A stretch of 64,000 nucleotides of DNA, taken from Octopus vulgaris. Its lineage: Eukaryota. The stretch covers positions 95,108,001 through 95,172,000 of the forward strand of contig OX597824.1 of the NCBI GenBank assembly GCA_951406725.2, in the 5' to 3' direction. Of this stretch, positions 52,364 through 63,334 are shown one piece after another. The notes under the pieces are model-generated. The model was given only the letters and a program-made list of their open reading frames with translations. It made no database searches and had not been told where the DNA came from. Both the position numbers and the translations under genes were made by a program. Each line of letters starts with the position of its first letter. Position 1 is the stretch's first letter.

Positions 52364-54789
52364 ATTTATCATGTGAACTACGATGAAAAAAATATGAGAA
52401 AGATATGATATATAATTTTTATTTTGTGCAGGGGTTCCTTGAGACATGTAATTTATTTTAAGGGTTACGCAAGGGTAAAAAGGTTGAGAAACGCTGGTCT
52501 AAACCAACCCCAGGAACAGTTTCATGGAAAACTATTTCTTTAATCTACACAATAAATTTTGACTATACAAATAATATATAACATATTTTGATATTTTTAC
52601 AAGAGTATTTTTTGAGAACTTATGACAAGATATTTGTGTCTTGTTAGGTAATTTAGTTTTGTCAGTATATTTCGCATTCTTGGAATATAGACCCTTTAAA
52701 ATTTTCTAAGTTAACATTCTCAGATTCACAACATAGTTACAATTGAAAATGTAATCTATGGTGTATTTATATAGAAATGAAACAATAAAGTGAAAGGAAA
52801 CTAATTTTTAAAAAAATATTTGAAATTATAAAACACAAAGATCAATAATTTGAACTCAAAAATGTTGGCTTTAAATCAAGAATTATATAACACACCTGAT
52901 ATTTCTCAGGATAATCTCTCAACATCAAATCATATACTTCTTCACATCTTAGGGCGGTTAATCCTGTAGAAGAATAGAAATGGAAAAAGTAAATCTATTT
53001 GGTAATTAGCAAATTAACGATAGTATAACAAGAAATGTGAAACTTATAATTGCAGTATAAACAAAAACAATATCAATAATATCTATGCGGTATACATTAC
53101 TTTTCTGAATGAAAAACACCCCAGTTGACAAGCAAAAACTCTTCATGGGTGAAGGCTCTCTATAAATGCAATGTTGCTCTATTAACCTTCCAAATGCTGT
53201 GTTGATTCTGATAGGTAAGGTGGTCAAGCCAGATAAATCTAAATAAGCTTGGCCAAATAACGATGATATAATTAGTATTGGAAGAGTTTATAGTGAGTGG
53301 ATAGAATTTCTCATGGTACAAATAGTTTTGTTTTTAGTCTAAAGTTTTCAATATTATATCAATCTTTTAGCATTTAAATCGACCATATCCAACCCAAATA
53401 TGCTACTTGCTTTGTGTTCAAAACTGGCCAATTGCAGTTTCTTACACCTACCCTACAACAGCATTCAAAAAAATAAGCAATCGCATCACTGAAATCTTGA
53501 GGCTACAAAATAACGATGGTTAATTCATAACAAACATCATCATCATCATCATTTAACGTCCATTGTCCATGCTGGCACGCTAGAAGGCTGCATCAGGCTC
53601 CAGTCTGATTTGGTATGGCTTTCTACAGCTGAATGCCCTTCCTAATGCCAACCACTCCAAGAGTATAATGGGAGCGTTTACGTGTCATTTGTGTGACACT
53701 GGTATCTGCCATGACTGCGATTTTGCACAGCTTGATGGTTCTTTCTCAAGCACACCATAATGCCAAAGGTCTTGGCCATTGCCTCTGTGAAGCCCAACAC
53801 TAAAAAGGAACTCAGCCACTTTGCCTCCATGGGGCCCGCACGAAAAGAACTCAGTTACCCCGGCTCTGTGAGGCCCAACAATGTGCATAAATAATCCTTA
53901 CATTTGACAGAGTAACCTAAATTGTAAAAGGTTAAATTCATTCCATAAATTTGATAGTGGAAACCATTACATACTAAATTACAACTGATTGACAGCAGTA
54001 GCAGATTATCATAGTCAATTGTTTTGAAAGCAGGGATTATAAATAAGTAGTATAACTCCCCTGACATAAGAACTAGAGATACTGCTCAACAACAAACTTC
54101 AGCTCAACCTGTTGTATGTTAATAAAATAAGTGAATGGAATCTTAAAACGGTTTTTACCAAGATCACACTGGGTTTCAGTAACTACACCACGTTCTCTCA
54201 AGAATTCCTTTTCTTTCATTTCTGCAGGCCGTCTTTTCAGATCTAGAAATTAAAAAATAGACAAATAAATTTTAAAAATTCAAGTCAAACTATACAATAA
54301 AAAAAAAAAAAGAAAAAGAAAAATCTATTCATAAAATTCCACCATTATTTTTCATTAATCTCTTTATATAAAAATAATCAAAACAAAAGTTTAAAAACTA
54401 AAATATCAACATTTTTGTTTGATTAAACGAAATCCTCATTTGAGTATGTATAAATTTCAAAAATGAATTTGTTTACAAAGATATATTCTTGATTTTTAAA
54501 ATACTATTTCAAATACAACCTATCCTCTTACCTGGATATTTTCGTTTAAATGATTTAACAGTCAAGTATTCACTGACTTGCTCTTGCAGTATGTACCACT
54601 CACTGCTCATATCTGGCCATTGGTACTCAAAAAGTTGATCAGGAAGGAAGGCATGACTTAAAAAAAAAGAGAAAAAAAATTGAGTGACAATGGCATGAAT
54701 ACAATCAAATCATATTTTATACAATTTGACAGATTAAAAATATTATTTTCAATGCCTAAAATTACTACTTTTGATGCATGTTATTGAAT

Positions 54790-54831
<42 letters not shown>

Positions 54832-56058
54832 AAAAAAAGTCAAGATAGAAAATGCTAAAATAATTTTGTAAAGAACATTTCAGTACCGGTTTCAGTCATT
54901 GAGACTTTTTCAACTGTAACAATTAAATTTAGAAAAATTAAAAGAAAAGTTTTTTTAAAAGAATATTTGTATAGTGTTCAAATACAAGTGGCATTTTCCT
55001 TGTTTCTGCCTATCTCTGTCTCCCTTGTTTACTCTTGTGGGTTCAAAGTCGTTGTACTAGTATTATAATCCGATTTCATTCGGGTCTACTCAGGCCACAT
55101 TTTCAAGATGAGGAATTTTGCCCTGGAGGCCACGCTTTTCAATTGAACAAATCAAAGTTGCCATACAAAACCCCCCAGCATTTTCAACATAGGTGTGCAC
55201 ATTTTCAGGTCAATCTGACCACATTTACTAACACTTTTGCCTGCACAACTGCTTTTGAGATAACGTCTGCCCTTTTCACAAGCATATAGTAGACAGATAA
55301 AGAAGAACACACGAAACACTTGGGTTCTTTTATACATATACTGCACTTGGAACCATCCCTGGGTTGGATCTATGGTTTATATTAGATTGGATGCCTTTGT
55401 GCACATGTGTATATATTACATAAGTATGTATACATGCATACTTCCAACAAATGACAACATGTTGCTTCAATGTACTGTAAGCTCAATGCTACATACCCAG
55501 CCAATCCTATTTCTTTACTACCCACAAGGGGCTAAACACAGAGGGGACAAACAAGGACAGACAAATGGATTAAGTTGATTACATCGACCCCAGTGCATAA
55601 CTGGTACTTATTTAATCGACCCTGAAAGGATGAAAGGCAAAGTCGACCTTGGCGGAATTTGAACTCAGAACGTAAAGACAGATGAAATACCTATTTCTTT
55701 ACTACCCACAGGGGGCTACACACAAAGGGGACAAACAAGGACAGACAAATGGATTAAGTTGATTACATCGACCCCAGTGCATAACTGGTACTTATTTAAT
55801 CGACCCTGAAAGGATGAAAGGCAAAGTCGACCTTGTCGGAATTTGAACTCAGAACGTAATGGCAGACGAAATACTACTAAGCATTTCGGCCGGCGTGCTA
55901 ATGATTCTGCCAGCTTGCCGTCCTCATACCCAGCCAATCCTGCCATCCTACATGTTCATATACCTACATTCTAATGAATCCTGCAACTGATCAATCATAT
56001 GACCCATACATCCATCTATCACTCAATCAATCAATCAAGATATCTATCTATCTACCTA

Positions 56059-56103
<45 letters not shown>

Positions 56104-59100
56104 GGGCCTGTGAAGGCGCGTGGCTTAGTGGTTAGGGCATTCGGCTCACGATCATAAGGTCATGAGTTCAATTCCTGGCGATGCTTTTTGTGTGCTTGAG
56201 CAAGACACTTTATTTTACGTTGCTCCAGTCGACTCAGCTGGTAAAAATGAGTATTACTTGTATTTCATTGTATTTGAAAGGGACAGCTTTGTCACACTCT
56301 GTGTCGGTACACGTGTCTGTGGAGTGCTTAGCCACTTGCGCGTTAATTTCAAGAGCAAGCCTGTTCTTTTGATCATATCAGCTGGGGCCCTTGTCCTCGT
56401 AACCAACAGACCACTTCTTATATACAGGCCATGAGAAGACAAAAATAAATGAAGTCTTTGAGTAAGTAGCAAATCAGGACTTGATCCTATGTCTTAAAAC
56501 CTGAATATATATATATACAAAACAATATCAGCTTTGAACATAGTTCAAGCTGTCACCAGTAAAACAAATGACAAATAATTCTCTTTCATACATAACAGAA
56601 CATTAAATTTTTTTGATTTTTTAAAATAAGTCTTCATGTCTAATTGCTACCATAACTTATTGCTTTGAAACCTACTGAACTTTGACATTTCCATCATGTA
56701 TAATTGTTATTGATCATTTGAACTTTCATTGTTTCCTTTTGCTATGAAACTTATTAATTCCTAAAATTTTCATCATGTAATTTTCCTATGAAACCTCTTG
56801 AACATTTGATCTTTTTGAGCAAGTTTTATTGCTGGGAAATGTTCTCCTGGGCAGTTGCTTTCTTTTAAACTTATATCTGTAGCGAATGATGGATAACGAG
56901 TGGAGGTGACTAATGATGCACAGGGATGAAGAATAGCTGAAGAATAATGATGATACAGTAGACAGAGGAAAAAAAGAGGGAATGATGAGTGGTTGGATAG
57001 GTTGCGAGTGTGTGGGTGAAAGAGAGGCAGGCATAGTGCATAGGGAGAGTGAGAGACATATGGTGAAGGAGAAAATTAAATGAGGACAGTATTAAGAAAA
57101 AAAGGGATGTGTTTGAAGTGAAATGCTTTCAGGTAGCAAGAAAGATTAGTGGCATCAAGGAAAAGCAGCATTTAGAGAAAAGAAAAATGTTGAGGATGTA
57201 TTGAGGGGGAAATTGGGCAAAGGGCCCACTTGAGCATTACACACACAACTCTTCCAGACCTTAGTTTTGCTGAGTAAGGCAGGTCTGCCCCTGAACAACA
57301 TATCACAAGTCACCCTGTTCTTTTGTCATCTCCTCTGTGAGGTTCAAATACATACACAATTTATTCAAAAATTAACTTCAGGACCAGATAATATTCGAGG
57401 CCTGACCAGTTGCTTACACACTACAAAATGCAAAACCCACAACAGAGTGCTACTTCTACATTTGGGTCATTGTTGTTGTTGCTGCTGCACACAGAAATAT
57501 CTATGAGAGGGACACCAGATTGATTGACCGCACACTCCACTCTCTGCCTATTCAATTTCTTCTATAATGGATGTTATTGCTCTGAACTTCTTAGAAGCCA
57601 TCTCCACTTCGACTTGTCTCTTAGTAAGACTCCTACTGTCTCACCTCATTCAGTATTTTTTTCTTAGTCCTCCTTCCCTAAACCACCAACCCTCTGGAAT
57701 CACCCCCACAAATTTTTCTGTAGACAGGGGTGGACAGAGCTGTCAGCCAATCAGGCACTGCCTGAGGGCCCGGAGCTCTGAGAGGCTCACATTCTACATT
57801 TTAACTCCCTTTGATATTAATGCTAAGGGGCCCGGTGAACAGTAATGTCCAAGGGCCCTTAATATTCTCAGTCTGCCCCTGTCTGTAAACATCAACTGAA
57901 CAAGAGAGGTGATGTTTACAATGGTCATGGGTCATATTTTAGACAGGTACGAAATGTTTTGGTATTGCCTACTTTGTGTCGCCAACTTATTTGGCATCAC
58001 TCACTTTCGTCTCTTGTTCTCTCTCCTTCCCCTTCTCTGTATGAACATATTTCTCTTTGTGTGCATAAAGAGAGGGAAAGTGCTTAAGTCAATCATGTTC
58101 AATCAATAAATTGTAATTTCTCAATTTCCCCTACTCTCTCACTCTTTCTACCTGTGCATGTATATCTCTGCACACATGCATGTGTGTGTGTTTGCCTCCA
58201 GTGCCAAAAAATACTGTCATCAAAACAGGTCGAATGTCCAAACAACTGCAGCAAATCACCACACTTTGCTTCAGACAAAGCCATACGAAAAAAAAATTAC
58301 CAAGTAAAAAATAACAAAACAGATATAGTGAAAATGATAAAAAAACCAAAGTACTTACTGTTCATGGTCGTCATGATCCACAGTCTCACTGGCGTGATCT
58401 TTACGGCTAGATGAACTACTTTTCTCTGTTGTTGTTACAACTGGTGGACAAGGTGTGGTCCCATTTGCTTTAGGTTTTGTAGTTTCAGCACTAGTAGTTG
58501 CTGAATCTGCTTCTTCGACACTTGAAACCTCCATTGCTGTTTCAACCCTAGCTTCTGCTGATTCTTCTTTTATATTGGAACTAATTTGAGAGTTTTCGGT
58601 AGAACTAGATGTCGGTTCCGAAGGAGAGCCAGAGTTAATTAATTTAGCTTGTTCAGAACAATCCGATGATGCAATAGCAGTTGTAGAAGTTGCTTGATTT
58701 TTTTCCGTTTTTCTCAAGTCGGACTGACAAGAACTTGACGCCTGTCCTATGTCCTTCACTGACCTGCAAGTGGCTTCTGAACTTTCAGCAGAATTAACAT
58801 CAATACTCGACAAGTGCTGCACATCAAACTGATTTTCAAATTCAGTAGAACTTGATATGCCTTGGTTGTTAGTGATTTCATTGCCAAACGTTGTGGTTGA
58901 AGCAGAAATGTCGGATGCATCACAATTTCCAAAACCATCTTCCAATAAACTGTTTGCTGACGATGTAGCAACATCTTGGCTGCTTTCTTGGTCCACACTC
59001 ATTGAGCTAACAACATTCTGAATGTTTTCAGTGCAACTGGCAGTGACTTGGCAATTTTCAGATGAGGTAGCCGATGAACTAGCATGGTTGCTGTTAGTGT

Positions 59101-62100
59101 CTGTACAACTAACCTGAGTGCTGCCCACGAGACTAGCAGAAGAACTTGCAGAAACTTGATTCTTTTCATTAGAACTGGCTGTAACATGATCACTGCCACT
59201 AACTTGGCTGTTATCTAAAAGCTGATGGCTTTCAGTAGAACTGGCCGACACCTGACCATGGTCAATGGAACTAGCAGTAACCTGGCTGTTCTGAGTTGAG
59301 CTTGCTGTATGTGCTTCACTAACTGTGTGGCTTCCACTTACTGAACTGGCTGATACCTGACAACTTACAGCTGAACTGGCAGTAACGAGAAAATTTTCAG
59401 TTGAACTAGTCAAAGAATTCTCATTCCGAAAGGAGTTGCCAGAAACTTCATCTGGTTTAAAAGAGCTGGAACATCTTCGATTCTGACTAATTCGCGATGA
59501 AGAAACGGATGCTTGGTCGTTATTTGAAGAAAACATAGAAGCTGGATGTTGGTTAACAGATCTGTTAGTTGTGCTACACACTTGGCCCATTTTACTCTGA
59601 CTTACTGCCTTTAAAGGATCACCAGTCACTTTCTCCACTTTCATAGAACTTCCTGTGACATAATCTGTCTTTCCAGTGTTGCCAAACAACTGACCAGTTC
59701 TCGAAGAATTGGTACTTACAGAGGCAGTGTTCATGGAATTGTCATTACTTCCCAGTGTAGTTTCAGGTTTCTTAGAATTGTCAGCTGTTGAAGGTTTTAC
59801 AATGTTACCAGGTAAAGTGCTTTCCACTACACCAGTCTTCAGAGCAGTATTAGATATTTGACCAAATCCACTGTAACCAGCCACCATCTGATCAGTTTTG
59901 GAATTTCCAGACATTTCACTAGTCTTTCGAGAGTTATTGGGTGCCTGTACATTTGTGACAAGACTTGATGGTAACTGTTCAGGTTTTAAAGAACTGCCAT
60001 ACATTTTGTCAGTTTTAACTACATTCCCGGAAATATAATTTAATTTTGAAACATTTTCAATTGTTTGGTTGGGGAGAGAACTAGATGAAGCTTGAAAAGT
60101 GTTAGAAACCTCAGTAGATGGCTTGACTTTTTTACACGAGTTTGAACTATTATCTTTCCTGCAAGCATCTGAAATCATGTTAGTATTCAATGACTCCTCA
60201 ATAACCTGGCTTATATTGGGGAGACTACTAACAGGTCTTTCAACCGGAGAAGTGTTACTGGAAATAAAAGCAGTGTTAGTAACACTGTCGACAGTCTGTT
60301 CTGTTTTGCTGAGATTGGTTGAATCTTTATAAGAGCTTGTTGTACCCTGACTGTGTGACAACAAGTTATTAGTTTTCAGACCCCGACTTTCAGAACTACT
60401 ACTAGACACTTGGTTCAATTTCATAAAGTTAGCATTCCCATAGGGGCTCCGTAACTTAGTGGGGTCCGAGGCAGTTCTTGCTGGAGCAACAGGATTATTC
60501 AAGCTTTGTTTACCAGAGCTTACTGGAACTGGTGCAGTGGGTGTATAATTTGCAGCTAGTGGCTTTCCAGAAGTACCATGCAGTTGAGGCCCAACTGTGC
60601 TCAAATGTGAAACCGATGACACATGTGCAGAAGTGTTTGAGGCTTGTAAAAGGTGAGTAGAACTAGCTGGTTTCTGCATGATGTGGGAAGAACTACCAGG
60701 AACCAGCAGAGGATCCACAGATCCACTGGGTAGGTGTGTTACATGAGAGCTATCAGATATCTGTGCTGACGAAGTAGAATTACTACAGCCTTGTGGTAAA
60801 TGCACCGAGCTGGCAGCCATTTGTGATAGATGCACAGCGTTGTCTGATAGTTGTGATGGATGCACAGAACTGCCTGATACTTGGGAAAGCTGTGATACAT
60901 TATCTGACATCTGTAAAGAACTGGCAGAGCTACAAGCGACTGGAGTAGAGTTAACAGAATTGCCTAGCACCTGGGTAGTATTACCCAACATTTGTACAAG
61001 GTGTGCAGAACTGCCTGACACCTGTGCAAAGTGTACAGAGCCACTTGACACCTGTGCAGGGTGTGCAGAGCTGCCTGACACCTGTGCAGGGTATGGAGAA
61101 CTACCTGACACCTGTACAGGTTGTGTGGAGCCGGCTGACACCTGTGCAAGGAGTGTGGAGCCGCCTGACACCTGTGCAGGGTGTGCAGAACTGCCTGACA
61201 CCTGTGCAGGGTGTGCAGAGCTGCCTGACACCTGTGCCAGGTGTGCAGAGCTACTTGACACCTGTGCTAGGTGTGCGGAGTTGCCTGGCATCATAGCTGG
61301 GCGTACAGGAGTACCTAATACCTTTGCAGGGTGTGTGGAAGTACCTGACACCATAACAGGTTGTACAGAACTTCCTGGCACCTGTGCAAGGTGTGTGGAA
61401 GCACCTGACACCTGAGCAGGGTGTGCAGAAGCACCTGACACCTGTGCAGGGTGTGCAGAAGCACCTGACACCTGTGCCGGGTGTATAGAGCCCCCTGACA
61501 CCTGAGCAGGATGAACAGAACCTCCTGACATTTGTCCTGGATAGGAGGAATTGCTAGATCTTTGCATTGAGTAAATAGAATCTTGTATATTGTAACTAGA
61601 ACTGACTGATCCTTGTGGAGAATATACAGAGCTACTAGGAACCTGTGTTGGCTGAAGAGAGCTACTAGAAACGGAACTTTGGTTAGAATTCATATAACTA
61701 GCTACAAAGCCAGTTTGTAAAGAACCAACAGTAGACTGAGGAGTGCTTATGGGTATGTCTGATATTTGACCGGAAAGCATTGGTCTGTTTGACATCTGGT
61801 CAGGATGCATATGTCCTGACCGTTGACTATGCTCCATTGGCTTTCCCTGCATATGCCCTGCTGGCATTTGACTGGGATGCATGATTCCAGCAGGAACTTG
61901 AGGCTGATGCACAGAGCCTGGCCCTTGATTCATAGGAGTATTTATCATCTGAATAGGATGCATTGTGTGAACACCAGGCATTTGACTCGAATGTTTTGGA
62001 CCAGGGGGTATTTGATTTGTGTGCAATGAACCACCCTGTACTTGTGCAGGGTGTATTTGACCACTAGAAATTTGACTCTGGTGTTGCTGCTGCTGGTGTT

Positions 62101-62151
62101 GTTGTTGTTGCTGGTGTTGTTGTTGTTGCTGGTGTTGTTGTTGTTGCTGGT

Positions 62152-62182
<31 letters not shown>

Positions 62183-63334
62183 TAATGTACTAGGTAACAT
62201 CTGGCCATGGCTTGTTTTCAGAGCATTATTTTGCATATGACTGGGTGTCAACAAAGCATTATTAGGATTTACTGGGTTGACCATATGACCTAAATTCATC
62301 GATCCCTCAATACAATGGCCAGAAGTAACAGAACTACTTGAGATATGACCCTGGTTCAACGAACTGGATTCCAGATGTCCAGAACTTACAGAACTAGATA
62401 ATATATGACTTGGACTAACAGAAATGGGCCTCATCTGGCCAGCTTTCTTGGAACCAGCAACCATATGAATCACTGAACTGCTCGGCATTTGTCCAGCACT
62501 CACAGAACTATTTGAAACCTGAGTTATGTTCATAGAGTTAATATCTGGTGTGGACTGTTGATAACTTTCCGTCGAAGTCACCCCTACCGGACTGTCATTA
62601 CTATGAGATAACTGCATCGAATTTACTGGAGTTGAAAAACTTTTTGAAATAATCGTGGGTTCTGTTCCAGAATTTGAAAAGTTCGGAACAATAGAGCTAA
62701 TGTTACTTGATGTTATTAGGCCAGATGGTTTTCCAAGACTCTGAGCAGAATATTTAGGACAAGGATTCATTAGCGGGTTTGTTGAACTTGTAGAACTAGC
62801 AGAAGTTGTAGTGAACCCTATCTGACCTAATGTTGAACTGGGGAAACCAGCAGCGGTTTTACTATAAGTACTAGAAGCAGAGAGAATTTTAACAGAATTA
62901 TTCTTTTTGGAGCTGGATGTTGGACTGAAAAATGGAACTTGATTACTTGTAGGAACTTTTTGGATACTATCAGAATAGGTAGGTCCTTTGAGGTTTCCAC
63001 AACTAGATAATGGTAAACTATTTGAACTGTTGGGTAATAAATAAGAGTTTACTGGATTAACATTAGGATAGTTATTTGCTGAGGACTGGGTTGGCATGTT
63101 GTAGTTTTTAGTAGATGGTACAGAAGCAGCTGTGCTCATGACCAAGGTTTCGGGCCAAGGAGGTGGAATTTGACAGCCAGGAACTGAATTCAAAGAACTA
63201 GAAGCAGTAGATGTCATATGAGCTTGAGACCACATATTTCTCACAGAATCTGGTTCAGTGTTGTTCATTTCTCTTGTACTGTAAGCTGTACTGTGGACTT
63301 GTATATTCCTGGGTTGCAAACCACTGTCCCCTGT
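24186..63334 (-). CDS. PHF10: PHD finger protein 10 / SAYP-like PBAF subunit (BAF45a), spliced; first exon likely beyond the window
   Basis: Joined exons give [37 protein letters not shown]...[23 protein letters not shown]...[24 protein letters not shown]...[15 protein letters not shown] (SAY domain). They are followed by a double PHD finger (C-x2-C...[13 protein letters not shown]...[12 protein letters not shown]...[15 protein letters not shown]...WECTSC). All junctions are phase-consistent. Confidence 0.95.
24685..25088 (+). mobile_element. tRNA/V-domain-like SINE (family C), truncated plus full copy in tandem (others ~10620-10855, 12880-13120, 16918-17115, 18385-18830)
   Basis: tRNA head tggtctagtgg...ggttcgaatc; cctgtgacggattggcggcccatccagg resembles the V domain; TSD gaaatgaat. 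Confidence 0.75.
25974..26004 (-). CDS. PHF10: PHF10 putative stop-containing exon (exon 25940-26004; [10 protein letters not shown])
   Basis: actttcag acceptor, cag|gtatgt donor; reads [10 protein letters not shown] from the phase-2 donor upstream. Confidence 0.55.
27233..28437 (-). mobile_element. Degenerate mariner element (~1.2 kb) in a PHF10 intron
   Basis: TIRs gtagtcaaaaagtatccaacctt / aaggtcggatactttttgactac; [12 protein letters not shown]...[16 protein letters not shown] (mariner HTH). Confidence 0.85.
28484..28695 (-). CDS. PHF10: PHF10 exon, PHD2 plus tail ([33 protein letters not shown]...PVKI)
   Basis: ttcttctag acceptor; ag|gtactc donor, phase 2. Confidence 0.93.
36744..36856 (-). 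CDS. PHF10: PHF10 exon, PHD1 end / PHD2 start ([38 protein letters not shown])
   Basis: ctctgcag acceptor, gtaggt donor; DPF consensus. Confidence 0.95.
40427..40638. mobile_element. piggyBac-like TTAA/CCC MITE (related ~345-570, 26573-26755, 34957-35152, 49370-49583, 53363-53535)
   Basis: ttaa|cccttt...aaaggg|tt ends; internal sequence shared among copies. Confidence 0.6.
41071..41153 (-). CDS. Candidate alternative PHF10 exon ([27 protein letters not shown]) truncating PHD1
   Basis: Acceptor tgttttttagtttgttttag; open for 27 codons from the phase-1 donor at 47276; possible donor ga|gtgagt at 40853. Confidence 0.4.
41485..41848 (-). mobile_element. SINE family A copy
   Basis: Same consensus as the other family A copies. 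Confidence 0.85.
44318..44594. repeat. ~100-bp-arm inverted repeat next to (TA)n, with degenerate hammerhead-like cores
   Basis: gtaaagaataaaaag...catagtctga pairs with tcagactatg...tattctttac. The minus strand contains CTGACGA and CTGAAGA-aGGAAT ttt ATTCC-GAAA. Confidence 0.7.
44645..45018 (+). mobile_element. Foldback element between (TA)n runs, Penelope pseudo-LTR-like
   Basis: ~70-bp inverted repeat 44645-44714/44783-44852 enclosing a hammerhead core. Confidence 0.55.
44707..44803 (+). ncRNA. Type I hammerhead ribozyme motif within a foldback element
   Basis: UAUGUUUCC-CUGAUGA-[stem II 44723-44735/44770-44782]-GAAA-CAUAUG-UU/-GGAAGUAUA; palindromic stem III ACAUAUGU; 9-bp stem I with 2 GU pairs. 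Confidence 0.55.
45063..45940. mobile_element. Nested hAT-like element
   Basis: Degenerate TIRs gtggcatgcagt / actgcacaccactg. Confidence 0.4.
46793..46994. mobile_element. Kolobok-like MITE (long palindrome)
   Basis: TTAA|AGG...CCT|TTAA; ~80-bp arms caatacatgtatttaagcgct...aggcgcaaaccacat and its reverse complement. Confidence 0.7.
47276..47378 (-). CDS. PHF10: PHF10 exon, first half of PHD1 ([34 protein letters not shown])
   Basis: CxxC...CxxC spacing; donor g|gtaag, phase 1. Confidence 0.9.
47520..47830 (+). mobile_element. RTE 5'-UTR-like repeat (related copies ~22090-22410 + and ~3290-3420 -)
   Basis: ccttgttgt...aaccctgtgaactat...caaaggatagaggccaggc...caacccttcctataaaaag is shared between copies and resembles RTE/Expander 5' ends. 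Confidence 0.5.
48197..48346 (-). CDS. PHF10: PHF10 acidic linker exon [50 protein letters not shown]
   Basis: GT-AG, phase 0/0; contains DSGSDGES and an AT-hook-like PRRGRK. Confidence 0.88.
49044..49173 (-). CDS. PHF10: PHF10 exon [43 protein letters not shown]
   Basis: GT-AG, phase 2/0, conserved ELxYxPLNT. Confidence 0.93.
49870..50270 (-). pseudogene. CRE-clade non-LTR retrotransposon C-terminal (restriction-like endonuclease) remnant
   Basis: RPLIWDATC...EKRK and [20 protein letters not shown] resemble WDxTC...AExxK...LFQRISxAxQRGNAxSIL. Confidence 0.55.
50596..50705 (-). CDS. PHF10: PHF10 exon [36 protein letters not shown]
   Basis: GT-AG, phase 0/2, conserved YPVxLIPGQ. Confidence 0.93.
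51125..51256 (-). CDS. PHF10: PHF10 exon [44 protein letters not shown]
   Basis: GT-AG, phase 0/0, conserved [11 protein letters not shown]. Confidence 0.95.
52121..52189 (-). CDS. PHF10: PHF10 exon [23 protein letters not shown]
   Basis: GT-AG, phase 0/0. Confidence 0.92.
52264..52496. mobile_element. hAT-Charlie-like MITE with internal (TA)n
   Basis: TIRs cagcatttctcaacc / ggttgagaaacgctg; perfect TSD gtctaaac. Confidence 0.85.
52896..52963 (-). CDS. PHF10: PHF10 exon [23 protein letters not shown]
   Basis: GT-AG, phase 1/0. Confidence 0.95.
54159..54242 (-). CDS. PHF10: PHF10 exon [28 protein letters not shown]
   Basis: GT-AG, phase 1/1, matches SAY domain. Confidence 0.95.
54532..54656 (-). 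CDS. PHF10: PHF10 exon [41 protein letters not shown]
   Basis: Start of the SAY domain; ttttaag acceptor, gtaaga donor. Confidence 0.95.
54829..55405 (-). mobile_element. Penelope-like retroelement 3' remnant next to (TA)n
   Basis: Hammerhead motif plus AT-rich tail ending at (AT)n; very degenerate GIY-YIG-like traces upstream (SNLI*TI...SKCSICIKE). Confidence 0.45.
54878..54919 (-). ncRNA. Minimal type I hammerhead ribozyme motif (U3-A8 core variant)
   Basis: Minus strand: UUACAG-UUGAAAA-AGUC(ucaau)GACU-GAAA-CCGG-UA/-CUGAAA; palindromic stem III ACCGGU; cleavage triplet GUA. Confidence 0.6.
55509..55924 (-). mobile_element. tRNA/Meta-domain-like SINE (family B), tandem dimer
   Basis: gagttcaaattcc B box plus gcctttcatcctttc..gtcga domain present twice; 17-bp TSD catacccagccaatcct. 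Confidence 0.85.
57725..57881. mobile_element. hAT-like MITE
   Basis: CAGGGG...CCCCTG ends; flanks tctgtaga / tctgtaaa. Confidence 0.65.
58359..63334 (-). CDS. PHF10: PHF10 giant low-complexity exon (~4976 nt; S/Q/P/N-rich, polyQ, 10-aa repeats)
   Basis: 1654-aa open frame; acceptor ttctttatctag at 63335 (alternative AG at 63331); donor ca|gtaagt is phase 2, matching the next exon. Confidence 0.85.
60960..61535 (-). repeat. Coding 30-bp minisatellite ([10 protein letters not shown] units, ~18 copies, degenerate flanks)
   Basis: Plus-strand unit cctgacacctgtgcagggtgtgcagaactg recurs at 30-nt periodicity. Confidence 0.95.
62079..62183 (-). repeat. Coding (CAA/CAG/CAC)n polyQ/H tract
   Basis: Reads [35 protein letters not shown] in the giant exon. 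Confidence 0.95.

Noticed and set aside
56795-56876. Possible extra PHF10 exon ([13 protein letters not shown]...)
   Set aside because: The acceptor is plausible, but the nearby GT leaves phase 0 while the next exon needs phase 2. The flanking exons already join in frame.
60840-61415. Cys-rich 191-aa plus-strand ORF (CAELPDT repeats)
   Set aside because: It is the antisense frame of the 30-bp coding repeat in the PHF10 exon.
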